Made by a program: the position numbers and the translations under genes
The notes under the pieces: model-generated
Database searches by the model: none
What the model saw: the letters and a program-made list of their open reading frames with translations, nothing else
Told to the model about the DNA's origin: nothing
IMG/VR virus record: IMGVR_UViG_3300031784_000013
Coordinates: 47,143 to 111,142 of that record
Direction: 5' to 3' (one strand)
DNA length: 64,000 bases
Source of the DNA: a virus
Shown: one piece after another, positions 9,956 to 18,727 of the stretch
Layout of the letters: every line of letters begins with the position of its first letter
Numbering within the stretch: the first letter of the stretch is position 1

Positions 9956-11979
9956 TATGAAAATAATTTATTTTTTCTCGTATTGAACATATTTCTAGAG
10001 CTGCTGAATAGCGTATTGCTCTTTAATTTCTTACTGTACAGCGACTTCACTCTATCATCATTTGTTCCACCAATCTTTCCAAATATGGGGTCCATCTTAA
10101 GTGCCTGAGCTATAGCTAGTTCTGCTGCAATAATCCTATCGAAGTTGCCTTCATCATTATACTGAATGATTTCTTCAAGCAACATGGGATCAAACATCTT
10201 GCTCACACCTGTAACTTCTTTAGTTACATTTCCTTGATCATCCTTCTCAGAATAAATAACATCCTCCATGTATCTCTTTAGACATGTATGTAGGTAGTCA
10301 ATTATTTTCTGGGCTGATCTGTGAATACCATACTCTCGTTTTACGGTAGTATTTGGAACCACTTCTAACAACCATTGTGGTTGCTTCTCTAGATAATGAG
10401 CATCACCCTTACTCTTCATGTATTCGATGAAAGAAATATCATCATTTTCACAGAGAGCCCTAGCGTTGTAATATTTAATTAGTAATCTAGCCTGTTCTTC
10501 CCACGTTTCCTTCTTATCAGGTCTTGCACAATACGAAGCTACGAACATATCCTGATATTTCTCACCAGTGAGATCATGCATTCTCTTGTAAATATACACA
10601 GAACCTAGTGAAGTTGAATACTTTGCCTGTCCTTGTCTGTAGGGGTCAACTCCTGCAACATACAATCCATACGGAGGATTCTCTATAGGAAATTCATATA
10701 TCACTACAGGAGCGTCTTTTGCATCTGTACTCTTGAGAGGAAAGTTTGAAATTGGCATCTTGTCTGTGAACTCGTGCCCAATCTTTCCCTCGTCACTAAA
10801 TAATATAACAGGTGTGCCAGTTCTTTCGTTCTGTAGCAGCCTGATTTTCTGCCTTTTAGCAGCTTCAATATCAAAGATGTTAGTGTCTTCGTTAAGAAAT
10901 ATGTCATCCACCTTCTGTGGATAATACATTTTTTCTTTCAAATAAGCAACTCTATCGCCAGCTTTCTTTAGTCTTTCTAGGTTTTCATTGGTGATTTTGT
11001 CAGCTTTCTCCTCATCAGACACTAGCATTTGCACATTGTGTAGATCACTAGTTTTTGGTGCATTGAGATAGCTTCCTAATGTACCAGGTTCTTTGGCTTC
11101 CATTCTGTATTTATTAGAAATGAATAAGCCATGCACACGCCTAGTGTCCTCCTCATTGTTGTATGTCAAGAAGTTGTAATTGTCAACATCAAACATCAAT
11201 GACTTAGCATCCATGAATCTCTTCATGTCACCTCCTGTACCTGTAAGAATAGGAGAACATCCCCATCCAAACGGTGTTGTAAAGCCAGGAACAGCAGCCT
11301 GTAAGCCTCGTAAGAAAGAGCCCTTACCAATCTCGTCAATGATGAGCTTTCGTGGCTTTGTACCAGCAATAGCTTCTTCGTTATTGCCCTCATCAAGGTT
11401 ACGTATTAAGATTTGTGAGAAGGGAATACGCTCTCCTCCCTTTGTCTTAATACCTAACGTCACTTGATTCTTCCAGTTATCCTCTACACGTTGCCATCTA
11501 AAATACTCAGGAAGGAAGTTCAAGCCTTTGTCAAGCTTGTCTGTAATAAGCTTAATATCTGGAGCATTCAAGCCAGCAATAACATTCTGAGAGTTCTCAT
11601 CAAACGTAGCTCCCCACGCAATGTAACTAGCCTCAAGCACAGACTTAGCAAAACGTCTAATCCCCAAAATGACCAACCCACGCTTCTCAGCATGGGCTCT
11701 GTCTATTTCGTTTGTTACTAACCACTCATTGTCTCTTAGAGACGGATTGGCATATTGCTGGTAGATGCGTCCTCTATCATCCATAACATCCACTTCTGTA
11801 TGCCATAGATTAAGGTGCCAATACAGGAACGGATTGATAAACACACCATCCATCATAAACCCATCAAGACACAGCTTCTTATGAAACTCATAAAAAGGCT
11901 TGTATTCCTGTGAACTCTTGTCAGGAAGACGTGTCTGATTAATCAACCATTCACTATATGCAACATTTTCTAAATTCAT
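9955..11979 (-). CDS. terL: Terminase large subunit
   Basis: RRFAKS Walker A, IIDEIG Walker B, GTGG coupling motif, YVAGVDPY RNase H-like nuclease, GNFDRI C-terminal motif. Confidence 0.92.
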   Translation of the reverse strand: MNLENVAYSEWLINQTRLPDKSSQEYKPFYEFHKKLCLDGFMMDGVFINPFLYWHLNLWHTEVDVMDDRGRIYQQYANPSLRDNEWLVTNEIDRAHAEKRGLVILGIRRFAKSVLEASYIAWGATFDENSQNVIAGLNAPDIKLITDKLDKGLNFLPEYFRWQRVEDNWKNQVTLGIKTKGGERIPFSQILIRNLDEGNNEEAIAGTKPRKLIIDEIGKGSFLRGLQAAVPGFTTPFGWGCSPILTGTGGDMKRFMDAKSLMFDVDNYNFLTYNNEEDTRRVHGLFISNKYRMEAKEPGTLGSYLNAPKTSDLHNVQMLVSDEEKADKITNENLERLKKAGDRVAYLKEKMYYPQKVDDIFLNEDTNIFDIEAAKRQKIRLLQNERTGTPVILFSDEGKIGHEFTDKMPISNFPLKSTDAKDAPVVIYEFPIENPPYGLYVAGVDPYRQGQAKYSTSLGSVYIYKRMHDLTGEKYQDMFVASYCARPDKKETWEEQARLLIKYYNARALCENDDISFIEYMKSKGDAHYLEKQPQWLLEVVPNTTVKREYGIHRSAQKIIDYLHTCLKRYMEDVIYSEKDDQGNVTKEVTGVSKMFDPMLLEEIIQYNDEGNFDRIIAAELAIAQALKMDPIFGKIGGTNDDRVKSLYSKKLKSNTLFSSSRNMFNTRKNKLFS

Positions 11980-12308
11980 TTTCTACCCTTAAGAAAATCC
12001 TCAGCCATAGAGCCTAGATCTCCGTTACCACGTATTTCAATCTTTGATTCTTCCTTCTCTCTCAGCTTATCCACCACCTCAAGAAGAGCTAAATAGTTCT
12101 TCATGGTCTCTTGAATAAACTTACCCTGGCTCTCAATACTAGCAATCACCATAGGCAGCATTCCACCCTTAGCTGTAGGCTTCCATTCAATCCTATCCTT
12201 CAGCTCATGCATAGGATTAGCATCGACATATTGCTTCCAGCTAGAAAGCTGTTGCTCTGCCCAATCGAGCTCTGTATTAATGTATGTAGTTTTCTTTGGG
12301 GCTGCCAT
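11976..12308 (-). CDS. Hypothetical protein, candidate terminase small subunit
   Basis: 110 aa helical ORF overlapping the TerL start (ATGA). Confidence 0.5.
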   Translation of the reverse strand: MAAPKKTTYINTELDWAEQQLSSWKQYVDANPMHELKDRIEWKPTAKGGMLPMVIASIESQGKFIQETMKNYLALLEVVDKLREKEESKIEIRGNGDLGSMAEDFLKGRK

Positions 12309-12502
12309 TAGGATAGAGTTACAATTCCCTGCGCAGCTGTTTTCAGCTCTAGCACACTCACTTGTATAGGGCCACTAAGTAGCTCCTGTATCTGCTTGTT
12401 AGCAATCTCCTTGGTCTTGTCATCAATACCAGGAGTGGCGCACAAGGCTGCCAATCTTTCAATCACGGACATTGATTCCTGTCCAATCATAGCTCTATTC
12501 AT
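12308..12502 (-). CDS. Hypothetical protein
   Basis: Tightly packed ORF in the minus-strand operon. Confidence 0.55.
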   Translation of the reverse strand: MNRAMIGQESMSVIERLAALCATPGIDDKTKEIANKQIQELLSGPIQVSVLELKTAAQGIVTLS

Positions 12503-12761
12503 CTATCAAATTGTTTATATCTTCATCAGAAAGTGGTGTTTGAGGCTCATCAGGAATGTCTTCTTCTTCTTCCTCAATGGGTTCCTCTGTCATGTATTCC
12601 TCTTGCACAATAATATTAATTGTGTCCTGGACATCATCTTGCATTCCCACTATATCTACATAATCAGCACCAGCATCATATATATGTGTCAAGGTCTCGA
12701 TGAGCAGTTGTAAGTTAATCTTACGAAACCTAATCTCTTTATTGTTCTGTCGCTTCGTCAT
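12495..12761 (-). CDS. Hypothetical acidic protein
   Basis: Tightly packed ORF. Confidence 0.6.
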   Translation of the reverse strand: MTKRQNNKEIRFRKINLQLLIETLTHIYDAGADYVDIVGMQDDVQDTINIIVQEEYMTEEPIEEEEEDIPDEPQTPLSDEDINNLIDE

Positions 12762-13026
12762 ATTCGTCTTCTTGTTCTCTTGTCATTACAGATGACCACT
12801 TGTTAATAGGACACGCACACGATAAGCATTTAGTTTTAGCAGAAAGCGTACATCCACAATTTGTACAATGTGCATCAGGACGTATTGTTTTATGACGCTT
12901 AGAATGAAACTGACAATCGTCACAAATTGCTATTCTCTGTGCTGCCACCTGTTCTATCTGTGCCTTTAGTTTTTCTTCTGGAAACAGATTGTTTTTCCAA
13001 CCTTCGTAAATCTGCGTTAAGCTCAT
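12739..13026 (-). CDS. Cys-rich Zn-binding phage protein
   Basis: RIAICDDC...CTNCGC...KT...CPINKW pattern common in phage proteins. Confidence 0.7.
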   Translation of the reverse strand: MSLTQIYEGWKNNLFPEEKLKAQIEQVAAQRIAICDDCQFHSKRHKTIRPDAHCTNCGCTLSAKTKCLSCACPINKWSSVMTREQEDEYDEATEQ

Positions 13027-13366
13027 TTATTCTATTGATTAATATTTTACGTTTCAAAAGCATCTCATCTATCACGTCATTCCATTTCTGAACCTTTGTC
13101 TCACTATCAGAGGACGCAATCTTATTTCTAATAGCACGTATCTGAGCATCCATTGTGTCAAGCTTTTTCTGAGCTGCCTCATCACTCCACCTCAACGTGC
13201 CCCATCCAGAAATCTCCACTATCTTATGCTTCTGTGTAGCATTAATGACACTATCAAACTGATGCTTAATCACCTCATCAACTATGGAGATGTCTATGTT
13301 GAGCTGCTTTGCCAATCGCTTGACAAACCAATCTCTATGAGACATCGAACTAAGCTTTTCCTCCAT
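12920..13366 (-). CDS. HU/IHF-like DNA-binding protein
   Basis: LAKQLNI...VDEVI...VEISGWGTL resembles the HU/IHF fold; IHF-like genes sit near terL in crAss-like phages. Confidence 0.6.
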   Translation of the reverse strand: MEEKLSSMSHRDWFVKRLAKQLNIDISIVDEVIKHQFDSVINATQKHKIVEISGWGTLRWSDEAAQKKLDTMDAQIRAIRNKIASSDSETKVQKWNDVIDEMLLKRKILINRINELNADLRRLEKQSVSRRKTKGTDRTGGSTENSNL

Positions 13367-13697
13367 GTAAAATCTTTATCTCTAACGAAATGTCATTTGA
13401 GAAATCCAACGATATCAACGGATTGACAACAATCTTCCCATCTTTCTTAAGCAAGAGGTTACGCTTCTTTAGTTTGCTTACCATGTTGTTCACTGTAGCT
13501 CCTGTTGTTTGGTAGGTGCTGCAAAACTTCTCTCTATTACTAGGAACAGAAATACTTCCAGAAACAGCAATGAACGACATCAACTGCACCTCTCTATCTG
13601 TAAGCTCCAAATCATTCAATGCAGAAAGAACAGAATAATATCTGTATGACACAGAGGTGTCATTGTCAAGCTCCTTCTTTAGTCGTTGTACAATCAT
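13350..13697 (-). CDS. Winged-HTH-like protein, first gene of the structural operon
   Basis: LTDREVQL...VNNMVSKLKKRNLL helix-turn-helix pattern. Confidence 0.55.
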   Translation of the reverse strand: MIVQRLKKELDNDTSVSYRYYSVLSALNDLELTDREVQLMSFIAVSGSISVPSNREKFCSTYQTTGATVNNMVSKLKKRNLLLKKDGKIVVNPLISLDFSNDISLEIKILHGGKA

Positions 13698-13714
13698 TTC
13701 CTTATTGGTTTAAA

Positions 13715-13747
13715 CAAATATAAAACATCCTCCGTGAAAATAACAAA
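13715..13747 (-). promoter_or_regulatory. Canonical Bacteroidota sigma70 promoter TTTG-N21-TATATTTG for the packaging/structural operon
   Basis: Plus strand CAAATATA 13715-13722 and CAAA 13744-13747, 17 nt upstream of the ATG at 13697. Confidence 0.7.
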
Positions 13748-13942
13748 TTTTATTATTTCTGTTTTTCAATGAGCACCCCGCACTATGTGGTGATTGGGAA
13801 GAAGCCCCCCACCAAAATTTTCAAAATTTGGAAAACTATTGTGTCAATGGGGGAGGAGGTTACTTCCAATAGCAACCCCACGCAAAAATTGAGGGAGTCG
13901 AGTGGCTCCCCGTCATGCCAATACACCTAAATCAAAACACAC

Positions 13943-14353
13943 GTGGCACTACAATTTAAAGTTTATGAACCATCCACTAAGTTGGAATCTCAAGGAACGG
14001 TTAATGAAATTATCCCTGGCGGGAAATTGAAATTTGTTCCTGGAACGATTGACCGTTATAACAACGGTGAGATCAAATCAATGAACATGATCCTCATTGA
14101 CGAGGACGGTGCTAGCGCAACCTGTCCTCTTTCAAAGAGAGTTAGTAAAACCATCAAGAAGGCTCTTGACTCTGGTTCTACTAAAGAGGAAGTTGCCTCT
14201 GTTATCTTTAACTTAGAAATTGTTGAAGATGAAGATGGCAGATTGTTCATTGTAGCACCTCGTGGATCTTCTGGCGAAGAGCAAGAATTCTCTTTCTCTC
14301 AACTAAAGAAGAGCAACGTTAAGAAAACGTACGAAGATCTAGTGGCTTTTTAA
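13943..14353 (+). CDS. Hypothetical protein, first gene of the plus-strand arm
   Basis: 136 aa, GTG start, followed by a hairpin. Confidence 0.7.
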   Translation: MALQFKVYEPSTKLESQGTVNEIIPGGKLKFVPGTIDRYNNGEIKSMNMILIDEDGASATCPLSKRVSKTIKKALDSGSTKEEVASVIFNLEIVEDEDGRLFIVAPRGSSGEEQEFSFSQLKKSNVKKTYEDLVAF

Positions 14354-14368
14354 GCCACTATTTCTTCT
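14340..14368 (+). terminator. Terminator hairpin
   Basis: TAGTGGCTT/AAGCCACTA followed by TTTCTTCT. Confidence 0.6.
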
Positions 14369-14396
14369 TATGTACAGGGTGGGAGTGTAAACCTTT

Positions 14397-14532
14397 GGGT
14401 GGGCTAGTTACACAGAGATGTATCTGTGCAAATCAGACATATATAGACAAATACAATGATGGGTACTACGAGGCCAAGCATGTGGTAATGCGTTGTATTA
14501 TATATGGTGTGATCTGTGTAACTAATCCATTC
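14397..14532 (+). ncRNA. Long irregular hairpin, candidate structured RNA
   Basis: Perfect 12-bp stem TAGTTACACAGA/TCTGTGTAACTA extended by G-U pairs; inner stems CATATATA/TATATATG and AATACAATG/CGTTGTATT. Confidence 0.45.
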
Positions 14533-14822
14533 TTAGTAAAATACAATGGTTTTGCAGTAATGTACAAATAAATAAAGTTTTCCTCGAGGAAATAGAAACT
14601 TTGTGTTGCACTTTGTCAAGAAATAGTTGTGAGTATTAGAGTAGGAGTGTCAGTGTACACGTGTATAAGGGTGTAATTCATGGTGATGGATTTCATTCTT
14701 TAGACATGTCGTATAGCATTAATTAACAAAAAGCACACAAAAAAGCCACACTACTGGTTCAAATGTGAGAGTAGTATAGATTGAGTTCTTTGTAACGTAT
14801 GTCTGGCTCACATTTATCTTAA

Positions 14823-14929
14823 ATGTAATTAGATTGTAAGCGAGGGAAATATGCAGTCTCAGTGATGAGAGTTAGTCCATGCCATGTGGAGTGCAAAAAT
14901 ATCAGGTTGGAACTTACAAATAATTACAT
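14823..14929 (+). ncRNA. Multi-stem structured RNA candidate B
   Basis: Closing stems ATGTAATTA/TAATTACAT and TTGTAAG/CTTACAA; internal TCTCA-GTGA-TGAGA GNRA hairpin and TCCAT/GTGGA hairpin. Confidence 0.5.
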
Positions 14930-14934
14930 AGGGT

Positions 14935-15033
14935 AATTGTAACAAGAACAAGCAGGGAATATTACAGAACGTATGCTGTAATCGAAACCATTGGAGAACA
15001 CCTACCTGCAAATGGGTGCCACTTGTTACAATT
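14935..15033 (+). ncRNA. Multi-stem structured RNA candidate C
   Basis: Perfect 12-bp closing stem AATTGTAACAAG/CTTGTTACAATT; inner GCAGG/CCTGC and ATTACAG/CTGTAAT; possible CCATT/AATGG pseudoknot. Confidence 0.5.
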
Positions 15034-15066
15034 TATTTTATTCATTCATTTTAAACGCACACGAAC

Positions 15067-15189
15067 ATGATTACATTATGTGTAATGCCCAATTTCAAGG
15101 GCACAAGAAAAGAGACATTGCAAGCATTGGTTGTATGTGTCCTAATTGACAGTATGTATTGTTTTCCATTCATTTACCATTATCTCTAA
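15067..15189 (+). CDS. Small hydrophobic protein, 40 aa
   Basis: Hand-translated MITLCVMPNFKGTRKETLQALVVCVLIDSMY...; A-rich leader. Confidence 0.45.
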   Translation: MITLCVMPNFKGTRKETLQALVVCVLIDSMYCFPFIYHYL

Positions 15190-15193
15190 GGCT

Positions 15194-15673
15194 ATGTTGA
15201 AATCAATTTTAACTTTCTTATTTCCTAAGACTATTGCTTCCATTAAGCAGGATACTATGAATGAGTATTGGGCTGATGAAGATAGACGTTACTTCGAATC
15301 AAATGAAGAACGATGGAAAGAAATAGATGACTACGAAGAAATGATGCGTATTGAATCTGAACAAGAATTAGAATCATATGTGAAAACATTTGATGACTTG
15401 TCCTTTGAGACGATGAATGAAGACATTAAATGGATTCGTGCATATATGAAGTTTTACAATGGATATGGTGTATCTGTTGTTCAAGGACCGCATAGTTATG
15501 GTGGACAGAGAGGTTTATATGAACTTGCTGTCTTAGATAGTGATGGTGAGATAACTTATGGTACACATATAACAGATGATGTATTAGGCTTTCTCACACC
15601 TGACGATGTAACACGTCACATGATTGAAATTCAAGAATTACCAATTATAAAAACAAACACACAAACAAAATGA
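15194..15673 (+). CDS. Hypothetical phage protein (NGYGVSV...SYGG...GLYELAVL domain)
   Basis: ORF track 15146..15673; probable ATG at 15194; widespread phage motif. Confidence 0.65.
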   Translation: MLKSILTFLFPKTIASIKQDTMNEYWADEDRRYFESNEERWKEIDDYEEMMRIESEQELESYVKTFDDLSFETMNEDIKWIRAYMKFYNGYGVSVVQGPHSYGGQRGLYELAVLDSDGEITYGTHITDDVLGFLTPDDVTRHMIEIQELPIIKTNTQTK

Positions 15674-15975
15674 ATACACTAAAATTAGCTAGAGTGATCG
15701 CAGGTGGAACCGCTATCCTCGCAGGATTAGGAGTGATAGGTATGTTGATATTTGCTGGTGAAGCAATGGAGATGGGTCTTAATGATTACAATCTCCTTGG
15801 TTCTCTGTTTATATTCTTCATGGCAACATTGTATACACTCGCTGTTGATGCAGAGATCAGTAAAAGAAGCACTGATTCAGAAGCAATGCAGAAAGTTCAT
15901 CAAACAACTCTCAATCAGTGTATCTGGATGATGGTTGCATTGTTGTTATTGTCAATTCCTTGTCTGTTTCTATGA
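15670..15975 (+). CDS. Membrane protein (3 TM)
   Basis: Three hydrophobic segments. Confidence 0.65.
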   Translation: MNTLKLARVIAGGTAILAGLGVIGMLIFAGEAMEMGLNDYNLLGSLFIFFMATLYTLAVDAEISKRSTDSEAMQKVHQTTLNQCIWMMVALLLLSIPCLFL

Positions 15976-16181
15976 AATGGGCAAGGACTTGTTCCGTAAC
16001 AGGTGAAGGAATGAATGAGGGGTGGGTTGGTAATGACGGATGTGTGTATTTCAAATATGGACATGACGCTTTACAATGGTGCATAGATCGTGGATATAGA
16101 GATATTGACGATGCGTATGCTGATGATGTTATTTATTGGACAGATTGGACAGAATGGGAGGATGACGAAGATGATAGTTGA
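15972..16181 (+). CDS. Hypothetical protein
   Basis: ORF track; probable start MKWARTC overlapping the upstream stop. Confidence 0.55.
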   Translation: MKWARTCSVTGEGMNEGWVGNDGCVYFKYGHDALQWCIDRGYRDIDDAYADDVIYWTDWTEWEDDEDDS

Positions 16182-16392
16182 AAGAAAGAGTATTGTCAGT
16201 GGTAAGGTGAACAAGATGGACATCAACATCACGCCAGAACAACTATTCAACTTCATAAGTGGTAGATCAGGACTTGCTCAAGAAGCATTTCCTGATTTAT
16301 CTCTTGATGAGCGTGAGTTCATTATATCTGGTATTCATCCAACAGAATGGGAACAATTATTTGGTAACGAAGATGAAAAAGAAAATAAGTAA
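16171..16392 (+). CDS. Hypothetical phage protein (QEAFPDLS.DEREFIISG family)
   Basis: ORF track; probable start MIVERKS; common phage motif. Confidence 0.6.
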   Translation: MIVERKSIVSGKVNKMDINITPEQLFNFISGRSGLAQEAFPDLSLDEREFIISGIHPTEWEQLFGNEDEKENK

Positions 16393-16507
16393 AAAAGAAT
16401 TTAGCGAGAGAATAGTATTCTTTAGCCTATTAGCAATAATAGTCATCACACTTGTTGTGTGGTGGATGGAATTCGTTAAGTACAATCCACAAATTATATT
16501 TTAAAAA

Positions 16508-16888
16508 ATGCAAACGCACAGATTTTACAAAGAAAACGGTATATGGTATATAGATCTTCCAGAGTTTCTCACGTTAGGGCTTGGAACAAAGGCTAACTTG
16601 ATGATGGTTGGAGGATCTGACACATACCTTGATAGATTATCAAACAATACAAATGAGGTGACAGTGTCATTCTCACACGAGCATTTTGAAGGTGCTACAG
16701 ATACATTGCATAGAACAAAACTAGGTCATGATGACACATATCTAGACTCAGTTGGTCACGCAAGAGTTGATGGTGGTGCATACTACGAATCAATTGTTGA
16801 TGGTCATCAATTATGGCTTTGTCCTGTTACAAAGTATGTATTTCAAGCAGACTATCCTCAACTTATTTACATAAAGAAGGTAAAATGA
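16508..16888 (+). CDS. DUF6717-like protein
   Basis: WYIDLPE...MVGGSDT.LD...LWLCPVT.YVF motif. Confidence 0.65.
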   Translation: MQTHRFYKENGIWYIDLPEFLTLGLGTKANLMMVGGSDTYLDRLSNNTNEVTVSFSHEHFEGATDTLHRTKLGHDDTYLDSVGHARVDGGAYYESIVDGHQLWLCPVTKYVFQADYPQLIYIKKVK

Positions 16889-17163
16889 GTTTGGTAGAAG
16901 GTATTGAAAACCATTTCAATAAGTTGATTCAAAATAAAATGGTGTCTGAGAAAGACACCTTTTTTATTTTATCTACACCAGATGAGTTTCATTATTGTCA
17001 ACCAGGAGTTAATGATTTCACATGTAAGTTTGGTGAAGCAGTTGTTAAAAGAGATGCTTTACCAGAAGGATTTACATTATCAAAGTGGAAGATTGACGCA
17101 GTGAATAATGAAGAAGAAATGTTGAGTGCTTATGATCAATTCATGAGCACTAGGGAACAATAA
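16885..17163 (+). CDS. Hypothetical protein
   Basis: ORF track; probable start MSLVEG. Confidence 0.55.
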   Translation: MSLVEGIENHFNKLIQNKMVSEKDTFFILSTPDEFHYCQPGVNDFTCKFGEAVVKRDALPEGFTLSKWKIDAVNNEEEMLSAYDQFMSTREQ

Positions 17164-17255
17164 CATTGATTATTGTGCGACTGATGAGCAACCAGAATAA
17201 AAGGCTCACCTATTATAGCATTAACATTAAAGCAAACAACTAAATCAAAGCACAC

Positions 17256-17531
17256 ATGCAAAAGCACAAAACAATTGTAGACGTGTTGATGGACATCAAT
17301 ACGCCTGAAGCAGCAAAGAAGTTTATCGTGATAACAGATCATGAGAACAGTTTCTATTTCTCCTATCCAGGAGAAGATGATTTTGAGTCTCTCAAAGGAG
17401 AGGCTTTTCTTACACGTACATTTATTCCTTTCTCAATCAGCGTACATGATGAAGTGGGTTCTCATTTCATTTACAAATGGGATACAATGAATGATGTGGT
17501 TAATCATTTTGACTTACTCTTTAACTCTTAA
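17256..17531 (+). CDS. Hypothetical protein
   Basis: ORF with A-rich leader. Confidence 0.6.
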   Translation: MQKHKTIVDVLMDINTPEAAKKFIVITDHENSFYFSYPGEDDFESLKGEAFLTRTFIPFSISVHDEVGSHFIYKWDTMNDVVNHFDLLFNS

Positions 17532-17536
17532 TAGCC

Positions 17537-17800
17537 ATGAAAGTGAAGAACAAAGAACAACTTGACAAACTAATCATTACGATGGTTAAGGTTTATCCTA
17601 CCAATCTCACTTACGCATTCAATCGTGTGAGTGACATTACAGGATATAGTGCACGTGTAATATCTGCAAGATGGTACAGTAATATTAGACATAGAAGTGA
17701 GGTGATTTATAAAGTGGTAACTGATGAAGTAGAAATCAGGAACACTAAAACCACTAGATCTGACATGATTGAAAAACTTATGAAAGTATTTAGAATATGA
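17537..17800 (+). CDS. Hypothetical protein, possible HTH
   Basis: ORF; AFNRVSDITGYSARVISARWY. Confidence 0.55.
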   Translation: MKVKNKEQLDKLIITMVKVYPTNLTYAFNRVSDITGYSARVISARWYSNIRHRSEVIYKVVTDEVEIRNTKTTRSDMIEKLMKVFRI

Positions 17801-18036
17801 AGGCACCACTGAAAGAACACATGAAAAATATGACAAGTTTTATTGCATTAATGCTAGCGTTTTACATATTTGTGTATTACATGATCACAATGATGTTCAT
17901 TATTACGCAAAGAACGCTGGAGTTACATCCTTCTCTTGGATTTCTTGCTCACATAATATCGTCATTAGTGATCCTACTAACGATTTATATGTATGAGCCA
18001 CGTAAAAACAAAGACGATAAAACTAACAGAAGATGA
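17797..18036 (+). CDS. Small membrane protein (2 TM)
   Basis: Two hydrophobic segments. Confidence 0.55.
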   Translation: MKAPLKEHMKNMTSFIALMLAFYIFVYYMITMMFIITQRTLELHPSLGFLAHIISSLVILLTIYMYEPRKNKDDKTNRR

Positions 18037-18163
18037 ACTTGATAACTTCAGGGCTGTAGCAGAGAGATTCAACGTAAAGTTTGAAATCAAGCAAGTGGGA
18101 AACTACTATCGTGTTACAGCCCCTGAAGACAAGATTATTGAATGGGGATATGATGATGAATAA
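17993..18163 (+). CDS. Hypothetical protein, 56 aa (MSHVKTKTIKLTEDELDNF...)
   Basis: Hand-translated; fills a gap in the ORF track. Confidence 0.5.
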   Translation: MSHVKTKTIKLTEDELDNFRAVAERFNVKFEIKQVGNYYRVTAPEDKIIEWGYDDE

Positions 18164-18166
18164 ACT

Positions 18167-18310
18167 ATGAGTGCATTTACAGAACAAGAAATAGAAACAC
18201 TAATTGAACTTTGGCGTGATAGACTCACAATCAAAGAAATGGCTTGGACAATGAAGAAGAAGCCAACACAGGTTTACTATCAACTGAAAAAGCGTTCATT
18301 AGTAGGATAA
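18167..18310 (+). CDS. Small HTH protein, 47 aa (MSAFTEQEIETLIELWRDRLTIKEMAWTMKKKPTQVYYQL...)
   Basis: Hand-translated; homeodomain-like HTH pattern. Confidence 0.6.
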   Translation: MSAFTEQEIETLIELWRDRLTIKEMAWTMKKKPTQVYYQLKKRSLVG

Positions 18311-18360
18311 TAACAGGGTTTGATGTTAAACTAAGTCGCCAGTGCTTTCCAGTGGCAAAT

Positions 18361-18465
18361 AGTTAGGTGGTGGAATGGAGACACACATTGGAACTGCTTG
18401 TTAAAAGTAATGGCACGTTGAGATAACCTTAGACGTGTATACAGGTTCGAATCCTACTCTGACTA
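18361..18465 (+). ncRNA. tRNA-like RNA (Leu/Ser-type D arm, no canonical anticodon arm, long variable arm)
   Basis: Acceptor AGTTAGG/TCTGACT, D arm GTG-GAATGGAGA-CAC, GGTTCGAATCC T loop; 105 nt. Confidence 0.6.
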
Positions 18466-18475
18466 CAAAAAACAG

Positions 18476-18503
18476 AAGCTCTTCATTGTGGAGAGCTTTT
18501 TTT
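18476..18503 (+). terminator. Terminator after the tRNA-like RNA
   Basis: AAGCTCTT/GAGAGCTT stem plus T-run. Confidence 0.75.
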
Positions 18504-18535
18504 ATTTAATTTAAACGCACAAAACAAATAAAACT

Positions 18536-18727
18536 ATGGCAGACATAACTATGTGCCCAGGGACAAATTGTCCCCAGAAAGAAAATTGCTACAGATTTAC
18601 AGCAAAGGCTAATGAATACATGCAAGCGTATTTTACAGAAGCACCAATAAAAGATGGAAAGTGTGACATGTATTGGGGAGAGAATGCAGAATCAATTTGG
18701 AATCAACTAAAAGAGATAGTCAAATGA
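18536..18727 (+). CDS. Small Cys-rich phage protein (MADITMC...CP....CYRF)
   Basis: Widespread phage motif. Confidence 0.7.
   Translation: MADITMCPGTNCPQKENCYRFTAKANEYMQAYFTEAPIKDGKCDMYWGENAESIWNQLKEIVK

Noticed and set aside
14857-14990. Hammerhead ribozyme (GTGATGAG ... CGAAAC)
   Set aside because: The core is GTGATGA rather than CTGATGA, it is sequestered in a GNRA hairpin, and no stems link it to the GAAA
14950-15025. Cobalamin or c-di-GMP-II riboswitch resemblance (AGGGAA, CTGTAA, ACCTGC; GAGTTAGT...AGTGCAA nearby)
   Set aside because: T-loop/B12-box and GGCAC pseudoknot elements are missing; the matches are too short
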